64,000 nucleotides of DNA. It comes from Halocafeteria seosinensis. Its lineage: Eukaryota. The stretch is taken from assembly GCA_001687465.1 (NCBI GenBank), contig LVLI01000905.1:1-64000 (forward strand), read 5' to 3'. The notes below the pieces were generated by a model. The model worked only from the letters and a program-made list of their open reading frames with translations, made no database searches and was not told the DNA's origin. Each line of letters starts with the position of its first letter. Position 1 is the first letter of the stretch. Positions 15,686 through 28,470 of the stretch are shown piece by piece. The translations under genes were made by a program, and so were the position numbers.

Positions 15686-16601
15686 TTACCTACTTCCAGC
15701 AGATGCTTGGAATGGACTCTTCCCCATTAAGTTCCAGTATATGCCAGCAAACTGCACGGTTAACGAAGATTCGAACAGCCATGTATACGATACGGGGTAT
15801 CGTACTTCCTTAAAACTGGCACTTTGACTTACCTTGGTTTCTTCGCAACTCTTCTTGGGCTCAGGCGGATCATTGAGAGGGACGCGGTTCAAGTCTGGAT
15901 CATCATCGCAGGCATGGGAGAGAGCTGCTTCATGTTCTTTCTTTTTCCGCTGATACGCAAGCTTCGATACTGTTTCCTGCGAAATTCCTGTTTTGGCCGT
16001 GCTCGCAGTTTGATTTGCACTTTCTGACGGATATGAAGTGCTCTTTGACAGACTTCCCCGTCGCGACTTGTCTGTTGGAGCTGCGTTTTCATACCCTTCA
16101 GCCCACCACCTGCAGAGAATTCATTAGTGCCATGAAATCTACACAGCCGTCTCTGTGAACAGACTTCAGCCATCCTTCGGCTGGCACGTACCATCCACAT
16201 TCCTGCATTGTTGTTTCCGGCAAGCCATCCTTGCTCTTCACTTGAGGTTTACTACGAGCCTTCTCAAGTGTACGTTTCATCTCCTTGAAGTTCTCAACAT
16301 CCTCTTCTGTTAATTCGGGCATCTGGCCCACTTTTCTCGATACCATTTTGACTGCAACCTCGGGGAGATTAAATGATGTCGGCATGATCATGCGACTGTA
16401 CAGATGCAGCCTTACTAGTATTGGGGTTGATGGTGAACTTGGAATCGTCTCGCTTGGTCTTGATCTCCCGTCGAATACTCTCCTCCATAATGCGTTGCCG
16501 GGAGACTGCGAAAAAATCCAAAGTAAAGTGTGATTTCACTCTTTAATTGGATTAAATACATAGAGAAACTTACCGGCATCGTACTTGGCGTCGGACGCCA
16601 T
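15686..16601 (-). CDS. CFAP144/FAM183-like ciliary protein; multi-exon
   Basis: Spliced product: MASDAKYDA|VSRQRIMEESIRREIK...FTINP...LPETTMQECGW...PKKSCEETK|FAGIYWNLMGKSPF. Resembles the FAM183 motif order (IxxExIxxE, INP, PxTxxQEIGW). Confidence 0.55.
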
Positions 16602-17091
16602 CTTGGGCAGTAACTAGGTCTACCGCTGCGACGCTACTGAAAAGACGGTTGGGATTCAATCACGGAGGACGAATTGCTGGATCTCACTCGATTCAAGGCA
16701 CACTACCAGCTCTGCTAAAGCCAAAACAGTTCATACGATGGCGCCCACTAACATTCGTGTAATTTCGTAAGCTACTAATTATGCAACAGAGAGCTAGACG
16801 ACTGTCCAGCAACGCGCGCAATCTCAGCTTCACATCCAATCCAACAACCCCAGTTGCCGGTGGGCCTATCGTGCGCCGGCATGCCCTAAATTCCCCGATC
16901 GTCTGTCGTTATATTAATAATCAACTGGATTGTCGGTATCGAAAACTAACTCGAGCTCAATGTGGTACAACGCCTGAACCGAAGCAACCGCGAAGCAGTA
17001 AGCAAGCGTGCATCTACCTTCAAATCTGTATTCACGTTTAAACACGACCAGTTGTCCCCACGAAAGTTTTGTGCCCGTAATTTGCTTCCGT

Positions 17092-18313
17092 CTACCCATC
17101 GGACAAGCCCGTGCTTGCTGTTTCCGCTCCGACGTATGACCCTTGCTCGTCTAATTGACTCAATAGTGTACTCTCATCTTCCCCAGGAAGGGATGTAACC
17201 CCAGAAAGGCTAAAATAGTCATGAACTTCTTCTTCCGGAGAAATCCATGACATACTCTTCGCATGCTCGAAGCAAAGTCGGGCATGCCAATTCAAGATTC
17301 GTCGAAACGGGTATAAGCCTTGTGGATGTTGCAGATATTCTCCGTCAATGTCGGCAAACGTAGTAGATGATGTCGGTCGAATTATGGCATTGAAAATCGA
17401 GGGGTCAAGCACGCGGCAATAGAGTCTTTGGGTGGCATGATTATACAAAATACAAAGTTGCTTGGCATCAAAGGCCTGCTCAATGTCGACGCACAGCAGA
17501 AGTCCATTACGGGGACTGTTGATGTCAACTGGAAGAAGATCAAACTCCTCTAAACCTGTCATCAACAAGGCGTAAAACAAGTTCTGTCAATAGTCAGGAT
17601 ACATATGACGTCCATCCTACGGTACTTACCCCGTCCATGTGTCGCTGCTTTCCATATATGAGCGGCTCTAACCATAGTAGCTGGATACGGTCTGTTGACT
17701 AGTTGGCAGCGAAGTTTATCGCCCCCGGCAGCCCTTTGGTAAAATTTGATGAGAGAATCTTTAAATGACTTTTGGTCATCTCTATTCCGTTTCGATGGAG
17801 CCCACACATCTAGCCGGTACAGCTTGTTTTGTGTGGTATCTCGAGCAACTAGAAGGGACGCCTTCTTGAGACTGTCAATGTTCTCGCCTATTTTCTTCTG
17901 TTCAGTCATAAGCTGTTCCAAAAGTTTATACGTTGTTTCATCAGACAGAGCGCTCCCTGCAATGCCAAGTATTGTGTTCATTCATCTCTCCACTACAAGT
18001 AGTCATTCGATTTGGATTTCACAATCAGCACTATACCTGACGACGAGCTTTCATTCACCACTCGAAACCGTCTGCCATCCTTAAATTGCAGTAACAATCC
18101 TGACTCAAGCGCTTGAGGCAGTGTGAGAACGCCGCGAATTTCTTGGAGGTGCACATCATCAGCCAACATGGCGTCGGGAAATACATCGTGGAGTTTGGAT
18201 TTTCCAGGATCAAATCTATATTTCACGTTCCACTGATCCGATAGAAATATGAAATTGTCTTTGACCCTAGCTGCACGAGTACTTTCCGTCGTGGATGTGA
18301 ACAGCACCAGCAT
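17092..18313 (-). CDS. HNH endonuclease-domain protein of Crinkler (CR-HNH) type; start uncertain (frame open to 18556); at least 3 exons
   Basis: LRCQLV...VRAAHIW...G|LEEFDL..DINSPRNGLLLCVDIEQAFD...PFRRILNWHA. Introns about 18036-17957 and about 17628-17556. A short coiled coil precedes the nuclease domain. Confidence 0.75.
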
Positions 18314-18809
18314 ACACTGTGCGTGTACGGCACGTACCATGACCAATGCTCTCCTCCTGGATCGCAGCTTTCTGTTCGGATTCGATGAGTCTCCGTCTCG
18401 TTTGATCGTTCGACTCCTCCGTTCGTCCCGCCGTGCGAGCGGCCCATGTGATTGGAGTGGACGAAGCTGACGGCCGAATGGGAGAGGTGAACATGTTGTC
18501 GTCGGTGAAATCGCGGCCAGCGATGGCGGCATCTTGGAATCCACGCTTTCGCTCAATGGGTTTTACCGGAGGTCTCGATGGATTCTGTTTCCCAACATCA
18601 TTGTTGACTTTCTTTCCAGCAGTACCATTCATCACGGAGTATGTTCCACGTGTAGCAGCTAAAATACACAAAATGATGTGTGTATGACAAACACAGACTA
18701 TGTTCGCTAACTTCCAGCGTTATACGGAGCTTGTGAAGCAACTATGTACCATTTCTTATGCCAGCCTAATGGACGATGTCGTATTTGGTGTGGTATTACC
18801 GTGATAAGC

Positions 18810-19670
18810 TCAACCCTCCTCTTTTGGGGTTAACACGTTCGTATCGTCCGATAGGTTCGCATAAGAAGCTTGGGAACTCGAACGGGCACTTTCCCGGCTG
18901 GAACGTCCTCGGCCTTGAAGATACTCGGGCCAGTATGTCATGTGCGAGTTCGCAAAAATCCTTTCAGCCGTCGTTCCATCAACTTCCTTATTATTATTCA
19001 TCCATATCCGAAGCTCTTTACGCTCCCATAGTCCCTGAGCAAGTACGGTGAACAGCTTAAAACGCTGGAAGATTTCGTCGCAACGGGCTACCTACCTTGG
19101 TGAAGGAGTCCTTTGGAATTCTTGTCACGGCTCTTCTATCAGGCTGACGCAGTACACTGTCCCTTTCCTGAAAAAAATAAAATCATTAGAGGTATTCTAA
19201 CATCAGAGTTATTCCAACCCCGTGAATCATCGAACGGATACTGACCACCGCAACCGCGTCCTCGTGGCACTTATGGTTCTTGAGCCCTTCGGAGTGTCTG
19301 CTCTGCCGAAAGCTTCGCAGGCGCTCAATATTCTGCGATATGGCATTAAACATCCCTGTGTGATCCCGATGTCTTCTCACTACGAAGCAAGACGCCACAA
19401 ACTTACCTCAGCGTTCACTTGTCGTCGATATTCAATTTCCAGCCGCATCTTCCTGAGCTTCTTTTCCGTCTTCAGCACATTTTTACTTGTGGGTAGAGTC
19501 TGCGTTCGTAGCGTAGCAGATCCGAAACCCAAAGGAAAGCTTCCGCGACCACATTGTTGCTTCAGTCTTCGTTCGGGAGTGAGCGGTCGCCTAATCCCCG
19601 GGAATCTCGCTTCACTTTGCATCGCTTCCAGACAGGAAAGTCACCCGTCGGGCTGCAGCCATTCTCAGAT
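18810..19670 (-). CDS. Hypothetical multi-exon protein; 5' end unresolved
   Basis: Exon-like segments with GT-AG boundaries: ...EKKLRKMRLEIEYRRQVNAE|, |ERDSVLRQPDRRAVTRIPKDSFTK|, |GLWERKELRIWMNNNKEV...KEEG-stop. Confidence 0.4.
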
Positions 19671-20055
19671 ACCATATATTAACGAGTGTCTAGCAGTGCA
19701 TATCGTATTGCGAAACACTATCCACTTACCACTGTATGTACCCCGTTGTTAGTCTGCGCGCCAAAACCGTGAACTCAACTTTCTTGCTCCTCCTTCATCC
19801 GATCCATTCAGCGCATTCAAGCTATGTGGTACAATGTTCTTAGATTCAAACCTTTATGTACGTGCTACACTCTGTGTCTTTTCTTTGCCTCCAAAGACTC
19901 TTGCTTTGCTTTGCTTCGCGGATGGGTTCCACCTAACGTGACGAAATGATTGTTTGGTCGTTGACTTGTGGAAACGATATCGTGTTGTTCGCGGTTTTGT
20001 CGATATAAGAAGATTTCATTAGGTACTAGGTTGGTCCTTTATCAGATCAACCGCT

Positions 20056-22676
20056 ATGAGTGCTCCTTCCACCATTCAGTGGGGTGGGAATGTCTCCCAC
20101 AGCTCGAGAGAGGAGCTCAACCAACATAGCTCCCAACTCAACGGGCCTTCATCGTCTTCAGGGATGAATTCATCGTATTCACGTTCTTCCCGACATCCCA
20201 GCGCTTCGCAAGACCATTCGACTACGAACGGAGATGTATCGAAACCGGCGGACCAGGATCTATCCCACCGCGTCCAGGAGCTGGAGCAGCAGAGACAGGA
20301 GCTACTGGGGGAAATACACGATTTGGAGTATGATTTGTCTACAGCTCATAAGAATGTTGCTCCAAAGCAGAATGTGTTGGCCAATTCATGTGCCGTTAAT
20401 TTTAAAGCACTCAAGCAAATGAGGGCGTACAATAATGCACTGGAAAAAATCGCCGAACGAATGCAACCGCACGAGGACGAGGAGGAAGAAGTAAGTCGTC
20501 AATAGCGAACGCAGAGAGACTGGATACATTAGGTACCGAGAGGTCCGTCTACATTGCTGTCTCAATATGCTTCGAATCGCAGCTAGCCGAACGAGCTGAC
20601 GCTGCCCATACGGCGCTACAAGGAGCCTTTATACAACAAGCACAACTACAGCAGGTAAGATGCGTCGCTCGAGATTGTGAATAACAGAAGAACGAAGCTC
20701 CTCTCTGCGTATCAGGCTCTAACTGAGATGCAAGAAGGTGAATTACTTAAGCAAGCTACGAGGGATCCCACGGCCGATGGAACTGAAGAATCGCTTTTGA
20801 CATTTGGCCAGGAATTAACAGGGGAGCTGCAAAACAGGATTGACGCCTTGCAGGAGGAACTCGATGCCACCAAAAAGGAAAAACTCGATGGTGAGAGCAG
20901 ACTCAAAGTAAGTACACATTCTTGCTGGGAGACTCTTTGTTTTGCTGTGTTTTAAATTGTTCATTTGTTATCAATGTTTTCATGTGTTTGCGGCAGAAAT
21001 TGGAAGATGAACTGCGACAAACGCAAACAGCTCTTGATAACGAGCGAAACAAGATAGGCGAGGAAGAAGCCCATAGTCGACAGACGGAAAGCGAGCTCCG
21101 GAGCTCACTAGAAAGCAGTAAAAAACGCATCCAGGAATTGCAGGATCACAATAAGCAACTCCAAGAGGACAATAACGCCTTGAACGAGCGTCTAGAGGAG
21201 CAAAATCGACAAATAGAAGAGAACGATCAAAAATACGAAAAATTGAAACAGTCTTTAGAAGACACACGGAAAGATTTGGAAGAACGGGATACACAAATAG
21301 CGGACAAGGATCGAGAGATCCAGGAACTCTCTCATCACCGGGAGCAAGAGGACTCGTTATCCTCACGGGTACACAGCCTTGAGCAACAACTTCACGAGAG
21401 CGAACAGGCGAAGTCGTCGCTACAGAAAGAAAACAAGAAATTGAAGAATAAATTGAGCGACTTCCGAGTTGCAGTTGATAGGCGGGACGAGGAATTAGAA
21501 CAGCTTCGGAATAAACTGGACCAGACTTCCAGAAACTGGGATTCATCTTCGAATGACAATATTGCTGACTACGTCGCAATGATCGATGAAATGAGGAATC
21601 GGCTAGCGGAATTAGAAGTTCGTCAAGTAGGGAGTGGGAGGAGCTTCCAAGAATCCCCTTCAGCAATGGATCTTTCCTACCCGCGGTCAGAGGCGGACTG
21701 GTGGAGGAGGGATCGCCCGTTAACCCCTGGATCCTCCCGTAACAGGATCTACACTCTTGAGAACAGCTTGCAGAACCTTCGAAATGAGATTCAACCACCT
21801 CCAACTTCCCATTCACCTGGAAACCACCCGCGACCGTCCTATGCACGAGATTCATATTTCGAAAATCCCGGAGATAATCAGCATGACTTGATGGAACATG
21901 TTCAAAATTTAAAGCAGCAATTACTGGAACAAGAAGAAAGAATGAGACAGGTTCAAGCTGAAAAAGAAGAGATGTCAGAAAGAGCTAAGACCGCGTTGCA
22001 TGATGTAGAGTCTCAGGTACAACAGTTGGCCGCTGCAAATCAAGGTCAGCAGCGCTTCGTCTCGTCGTCGTATCCTTATTCTTATCAGGAAGAGGCGGAA
22101 CAACTTGACTCCAGTTATGGTCCTCGTCGTAGCTCCAGCAGAAGCCGCTCCGCCCGCGGGGTGAGTCCCTCGCCAACACGTGGAGCAAGCCCTCGTGCGT
22201 CTCCTAGGGCAATCCAGCACAGATCGCATTCATTTCAGAATGTGTACGATGAGCCAGACAATATGCTGCAACAAAATGATTCCAGATTTACGAGAGAGGA
22301 ACTGCAACACTCCGACCACAGAAGAAGAGGTTCGTTCGACTCTGTTTCATCTGCTTCTAGGCGGGGTGTGGAAGTGGCGGATGGTCCAGATACATCCACT
22401 CTAGGGCCCCTGAGTGGTAGTTCAATGCGCCCAAGAATCATGCGGAAGAATCCTAGCGATAAACCTGTGAATCAGCGCCGATCGACCCAGCAGGATCGCA
22501 ATCCATCTGGTAAATCGCAGCCAGTGAAAGTCCGATCCACAGGGTCTGATGCTGCTGCCGCTGCTGCAAAATCAGCCCGCGAAGCTGCTGAGAGAGCGTC
22601 AACATTGTCTAACCGTTACCATGCGGCTGCTTCTGCTCGCCGACACAGTGTTCATGCCGTAGACAATCGCTCATAA
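20056..22676 (+). CDS. Coiled-coil protein with Ser/Arg-rich low-complexity tail; multi-exon
   Basis: E/Q/K/L heptad-rich ORFs 20056..20505, 20677..20955 and 20922..22676, linked by GT-AG introns (GAA|GTAAGT near 20491, CAG|GTAAGA near 20655, AAA|GTAAGT near 20908). Confidence 0.75.
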
Positions 22677-23669
22677 CAGATCCGTACAAAGTCTGCTAAT
22701 AATGTATCCTTGTAAGAAGAATGGACGGACACCATTGTGCATCGCAGTGGTGAATTGAACATCCTGTACCAGTTAGTACCCATTTCTTAAGCGTCTTTGT
22801 GCATATACAGTTGTGTCGTCATCACCCTGATCCTGTTGGTGATACCGATGAGTCGACACATTTAGATAGAGCGACTCCAGTGTGCTACTGACGGTAGACC
22901 TAAGGATACTCCAGAGTTTGTTATCTAAACTAACAGAAGCAAGAGAGAAACATAGCTGCATCCTATTCTTTGGTTTTATCGTTTGTTGCTGTGAGGTTAA
23001 CTGGTGGATAGTATGGCCCACTGGATACCTAGCGACCGTGTTGATCGCTGAAATATAAAACACCCGCTTTAGATACCACTGCTTGACAGTGGATCAACTT
23101 TCAAGGGGGCGAAAACTACAGGTATGTCTCGCCTAGCCAAAAGCAAAACTTGGTGATATCACGTCGGTAAAAGCGCAGGCGCTTTTGTAGAGTGTGCTGG
23201 TAATTCTGACACATCATCAACCGCAAGCGGACAAACTTGGAGTGCGGCGGTTTGTTAGAATGTCCAGTAAACTTGCCGCCTGTGTAGCCAACATCTCGCA
23301 GCAGTAGAAATACCTACTGTTGTTTGAATGTTTTTGTGGGTAAATTCTGCCGTATGGTTCCGATGATGGGGAGGGTTTGCAAGCCGTGTTCCAAGTGCCC
23401 AGTCGCAAAGTTGCGACTGCTGCTTCCTTGGTTTGATTTCATGCATAGCGACCGACCGCGATTCTATGACAGCGAATTTCCTCTTTTCATTCGCCCGTTG
23501 AAAACTTTGGATTCTATGTATTTTTGCCGCAGGTAGTCCAGTTGCATTGGACGAGGTGCAGTTCTGGAAACTAATACTGGCCATTGAATATCATCAAATG
23601 CCATGATGTCGTGTGCGTGTTGCCCTAGTATTTTTTCTTTATTTCGGAAAGGGGACCAAAGTAATCAAT

Positions 23670-23731
23670 CCAAAAGAGATATTGTGGAACCCGTTGAAAC
23701 CAAAAGAGATATTGTGGAACCCATGGAATCC
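23670..23731. repeat. Direct tandem duplication, 30 bp x2
   Basis: ccaaaagagatattgtggaaccc occurs twice, 30 bp apart (encodes KRDIVEP twice). Confidence 0.85.
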
Positions 23732-24396
23732 ACGCAGCGCAAGAAGTCGACTGAATCAGACGTGTCGGATTCTGACCGCGTCAACTACCCCGAAGCTAAC
23801 ATTCAGACGAGAGAAGAAGCTGAAAATGCTATAGAAATTGAGACAGATGAAATGATGCTGGACAATTGATCAAAGCCAGAACAGTACCGTGACAAGGAGG
23901 AGCAAGTATCCTACGGAATCACAATTCCAAACTTCCAATTATTTAGTCGTAACCCGAACAAATCGGGACAATTGAGTTTCGAGTAAAACGGAGGATTGAG
24001 ATGGCAATTTGCTTCCATCTTTCCTCGCTTACTACATACTATGCACTGTGCAGCCCAGCTAGACCACAGCATCCAGCTACAACATACAGTGTAGTATCAA
24101 GGAAGTACGAATTCCCAAAAGTGGAATTTAAAAGGAGAATCCAGCTTAATAATATCACATCTCCGAATACCTACAAACATGATGGACATTCGATTCCAAG
24201 ACACCCATTATGTAAAACTAGCATGGTATACATATGCAGCTGCATGCAATGCTCATCCGCTAGAAATGTGAAATGTGAAGCTACATCTCCAACAGGATAT
24301 AGTAGTCACATAGCGTATGCAACACACCATGGGGGTTTATAAACACTTAATTATTATAGTATACCCTTCAGACAAGAACTCTTTAGTGTTATTATC

Positions 24397-25089
24397 ATGA
24401 GCACCACTCAGCCACAGCAGCAGCAGCTTTCTGCGGCTGCTGGAGGAGCAAGAGACGATGATAGAGACAATCATAATGATATCGCCTTGCACGATAAAGA
24501 CACTCGTACACCGCAACAACAAGAGCTCTCCCAACGTGCAGCTTCGGAGGAAACCAGCTTGCACGCCACGTCACGCTTCTTAATGGAATTGGAGTTCGTA
24601 CAGTGCCTGGCGAACCCGAAATACTTGCATTGTATGATATAAACACTATAGACACGTTGGAGAGTATTAGTGTGGTGAGGAATTCCCTGTTTGTTCTATT
24701 GATGATGCAGATCTGGCACTATGGGGATATTTTGATGATGGCGCCTTCGTGCAGTACTTGGGGTACTTGCAGTATTTTAAGCAACCGAAATATGCTGTTC
24801 ATTTGACGTACGCACGAGACTCACCCACTGTTCGAGAGAGTACCGATTGCTATGGATTGGTTTCTTACAGGTTTCCGCAATGTCTATTTTTCCTGGAGAG
24901 ACTACAGGACAAGAGTTTCCGAGAGGTAGGTGGAGACTACTTGACCATTAAACCCACTCTTGGCCCTGATCCCATAGCGTTTTTGAATAACAGACTTTGA
25001 GGAACCCGGAATATGCGATGGAACTGTACAACAGCCAGTATGCGCACTGGAAGGTAGACCAGGCTGACGATGTTGCAAGTCATGCATGA
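24397..25089 (+). CDS. MED31: Mediator of RNA polymerase II transcription subunit 31; 4 exons
   Basis: RFLMELEFVQCLANPKYLH|YLALWGYFDDGAFVQYLGYLQYFKQPKYAVHLT|FPQCLFFLERLQDKSFRE|TLRNP; canonical SOH1/MED31 motifs and three GT-AG introns. Confidence 0.95.
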
Positions 25090-25101
25090 TCAAGTTGCTG
25101 G

Positions 25102-27474
25102 TCAAGGCACAGTGTCCAATGCTGTCCGCTCTATTCTGCTGGTAGAGTGCCAGAGTCCCTCGTTGTCCTCGCCGACATCGGCTATGGAAGCATGTTTAGC
25201 CTCACTTGATGATGAAGATTCACTGGAACTACGGCATTTGTGGCCGGTGATATCTTGATGGCGCACATCATGCTTACGATTCTCCCCGCGGATAAACTTA
25301 TCACGCTCATCATGAGCACTGTGGAATGAACTGGTCTTGTGCATGTCTTCTTCCTCCGTTCTAGGAGTCTTGAAAAACCCTCCTGCTTTACTACTCCCAC
25401 TCGCAGTTTTAAAAAAGCCACCGGCGTTACTCAAGGGGGAAAGATAATCGCCTCGATTGTCGTCAACATTACTAAAGAATTGAAGGATATATGGTCGTTT
25501 CCCAGCTGTAGTAATAGATCCCCTAGTGGACACATCCCAGCTGAGAATTGTTTCCTTGTCCACGGACCGAACTTTCCTATCTAGTTCCTCGGGTTCACTG
25601 ACAAACGAATCTCTCCTTTCCTTCCGCTTCCGCTGGTTGCTCTTCTCAATTTCGGCACTTCGCGAACGTGCACGCTTGTGCATGGAGCTTCGTGCGGTCG
25701 AGGTAGATACTTGGAATGTTAAGTTGTCCGCAAAGAAATGGGATGGTCCACTCGTCCCCTCTGAATTCCCTACGCTCAGGGGACTTTTCAGTTGGACAAA
25801 TGACGACTGCGTTAAGGCATTGATGGTGCCTCTAACGTCCATATTATAACACTCAAATAGGTCAGTCACGGAATGATCTTCCACGGTGATTGTTGCTACG
25901 CTGAGCCACATGATGACCCACTTGCTTCGTAGAAGGTACAAGGGAATTTCCCTCATTTCTTGTGACTCTGGCTTTAGGCGCCTATGCGAGTTGGGAAAGC
26001 TAATGCAGGACTCCAAGATTCGTTGCAAAGTTATCGCCGCATCAGCCAAAAGATTCTTTGATGGCGAATCCTCCGGTTCTTCTACCCGTATGTTTCCCCA
26101 AGCCTCCAGCGAGGACAACTTCATTATCATCTGGTCCGAAGCCAGTAGCTGCCTCATATCTCCCATTGTCTCTTCTGTATCCGAACTAAAACGACTAGCG
26201 TTGCCAAAACATGTTGAAAAGTTTATCTCGTAGTCAGCTAGAGCTTTTTCAGCGTGTTCTCTATGCATCCTGTTTGCTGTCGGAAACTGGAAACATTGGA
26301 TGAATGCCAAGTCGAGTGGTTTCCTTGAGAAATAATCACCCGTTGAAAACAGATTCATTAATAGGGTCTTTAACCACCTCGTGTCCAACGTAAAGGAGTC
26401 ATCTGGAGGAATGTCCGTTGCACACAGTGTTGCGATCTGTTCCAGAGCCAGAAACTGTTGCAGCAGGACCAAAGCCAATTCATAAACTACGGTTCGGAAA
26501 GCATCTTCATTGCATGGGAGGATTCGATCATGCACACATCTGCTAAATATGACAACAAACAACGTCTGCATTAAACAGCCGTAATTGTGATGTTTGCAAC
26601 AAAGATGCAATAAGTTTGTACTCGGAGGCAACCATGGACAGCTCGAACCACTGACAGTTGTGCTAAGGACATCAGCAGTGTACCTCGGCGACTTATTTGT
26701 GTACCATAGCAGCCATGATTCTAGCAGCAGTGCGTAGTGCTTCCATCGCCCTAAGGACGCTGCTAATGTCAGTGGATGTACTGTCTGAATAGATCCCTCA
26801 AGATTATCTTGGGTGCACCCAAGTAGTCCAAACCAGAGTCCGCCTTCGTCGTTACACCTTGGGATAACTGCATACTTGAATTCCAAAATGAACTCCAAGA
26901 TTCTACTTTCCGGGTTGAGAATTGAAGCTGCAACTGCGCATAATTTCCTATACCCATCAACAGAAGGCACATATGTATATCCACTTCGAAATAGCTCAAA
27001 TACTTGATCGGTCTTGTACAACTGCTCAAGCATTCTGTGCAAAAGCTGGCATGCCTTATCTGAGCTGCCTAGTAAGCACGTATACAACATAGCATTGCAT
27101 TGCTTTTCATTATAATGTTTCAGTGACGCTCCACACTCTAATAACCTTTGGGCCACTGCCCATTGTTCGTATTGACAAGCTACAATAAGTGGGGAGTTGT
27201 CCCACATGCCGCGGTAGCTCGTAACTTTGGATTCCCCGAATTCCTTGATGATTCCTTCGACCTCGTTTAATCGCCCAAATTTGCACGCTGCTAGTAGCTT
27301 GTCCATAGAGGGAACCGGAGGCGACTTCACCTGAATATTACGACCGCTCTTTGTTTGGAAAGGAGAGCCGTCATGGTCATGGGACTGTTCTTCTCCTCCA
27401 TTGGCGGCGGAGGGATCGACTTGTGCAGGACGGACGCTGGTGCCTTTCCGTGGGGCACTCTGATTGCACCCCAT
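25102..27474 (-). CDS. Ankyrin-repeat protein with predicted N-myristoylation/palmitoylation
   Basis: Likely start MGCNQS (MGCxxS). Ankyrin-like LLAACKFGRLNEV, SPLIVACQYEQWAVAQRLLECGA, HPLTLAASLG. Single long ORF. Confidence 0.75.
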   Translation of the reverse strand: MGCNQSAPRKGTSVRPAQVDPSAANGGEEQSHDHDGSPFQTKSGRNIQVKSPPVPSMDKLLAACKFGRLNEVEGIIKEFGESKVTSYRGMWDNSPLIVACQYEQWAVAQRLLECGASLKHYNEKQCNAMLYTCLLGSSDKACQLLHRMLEQLYKTDQVFELFRSGYTYVPSVDGYRKLCAVAASILNPESRILEFILEFKYAVIPRCNDEGGLWFGLLGCTQDNLEGSIQTVHPLTLAASLGRWKHYALLLESWLLWYTNKSPRYTADVLSTTVSGSSCPWLPPSTNLLHLCCKHHNYGCLMQTLFVVIFSRCVHDRILPCNEDAFRTVVYELALVLLQQFLALEQIATLCATDIPPDDSFTLDTRWLKTLLMNLFSTGDYFSRKPLDLAFIQCFQFPTANRMHREHAEKALADYEINFSTCFGNASRFSSDTEETMGDMRQLLASDQMIMKLSSLEAWGNIRVEEPEDSPSKNLLADAAITLQRILESCISFPNSHRRLKPESQEMREIPLYLLRSKWVIMWLSVATITVEDHSVTDLFECYNMDVRGTINALTQSSFVQLKSPLSVGNSEGTSGPSHFFADNLTFQVSTSTARSSMHKRARSRSAEIEKSNQRKRKERRDSFVSEPEELDRKVRSVDKETILSWDVSTRGSITTAGKRPYILQFFSNVDDNRGDYLSPLSNAGGFFKTASGSSKAGGFFKTPRTEEEDMHKTSSFHSAHDERDKFIRGENRKHDVRHQDITGHKCRSSSESSSSSEAKHASIADVGEDNEGLWHSTSRIERTALDTVP

Positions 27475-28228
27475 GCTCCACTGTTCGCTCGTATGTCGTG
27501 CTATGCGATGTTTTGCAACCACTGACTGCACTTGGCTGGTTGCGATGTGTTTCACTTTCAGAGAGCCAGACCAGGCGTGCACATTACACCACCGATCCTT
27601 CCAACACCACAAGCGTGTCGAGGTAGACGTGAAAATCTCTAAAATCCCCTGCTGAATACGGCCTGCACTCCGTGATTACTGCAAAATGGTCTTCAAAGTC
27701 CCTCGTTCCCCGCTAACGTACTAATTCCTGGCTGCTGCAGGCAGCCCCAGAGGATCAAAACCGCCGTTTGACGACGATTATTGCTCTATCCAATTACACG
27801 CAGGACAGTAATATTCAATCTCTAACTTTACCTATAGGGTATTCGTTTTGCGAAGTGTGGAGGTGCTTTCGCCCCCCCTCTCTCCTTCCCTATTGCGACG
27901 GGCCGACGGCGGACACCACGGACCGCAGAAAGTCCGTGGGTCGTCGCACAGAACTCTCCACTGCAAGAAACACTCAAAGTGAGCAATGTCCATGCACCCC
28001 CGATGGATGGACACAGTTATAACACAGGGAAGAAATCTACTGGTAAAACGCACCACTAACTTAATTAACCGCCTCGTGCTGGCTGCTTTCCAGTTTGCAA
28101 ACTTGACTTGCATATGAACTTCTCAAGAATTGCACAAACATGTGACGCTGTCCACCGCCGGGCCACCGGGTGCATTGGAGAGTTTCTCCTTGTGGTGTCG
28201 TGGTTATCTCAATCTACCTCACCGCACA

Positions 28229-28470
28229 GATGCGCAATGGGTCATACAAACAGGAAGCTTTGTCGCCAACGAATCTGACCCGACCTGTCAGATTCGGATA
28301 TGGTTGCCCTTCCATTATCCCTTGGGATCCACCGGAATATCGTCCACAAAGTGAGTTCGAGTATGTTCAAACTCAAGATGATGATGTGATACTCAAGCCG
28401 AGCAAGTTGCAGCAACTGAGTCACTATAGAGTATGGATGCGACAGACAAGGGGGCCCCTTACCATCAGTG
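28229..28470 (+). other. Possible isolated exon or gene fragment
   Basis: CAG|ATG followed by about 80 protein-like codons (YKQEALSPTNLTRPVRFGYGCPSIIPWDPPEYRPQ). No complete gene model could be built. Confidence 0.25.

Noticed and set aside
20980..21855. 291-aa minus-strand ORF
   Set aside because: Antisense shadow of the coiled-coil gene with no protein motifs.
24089..24098. gtgtagtatc matching the U2 snRNA branch-pairing region
   Set aside because: Flanks do not match U2; chance 10-mer.
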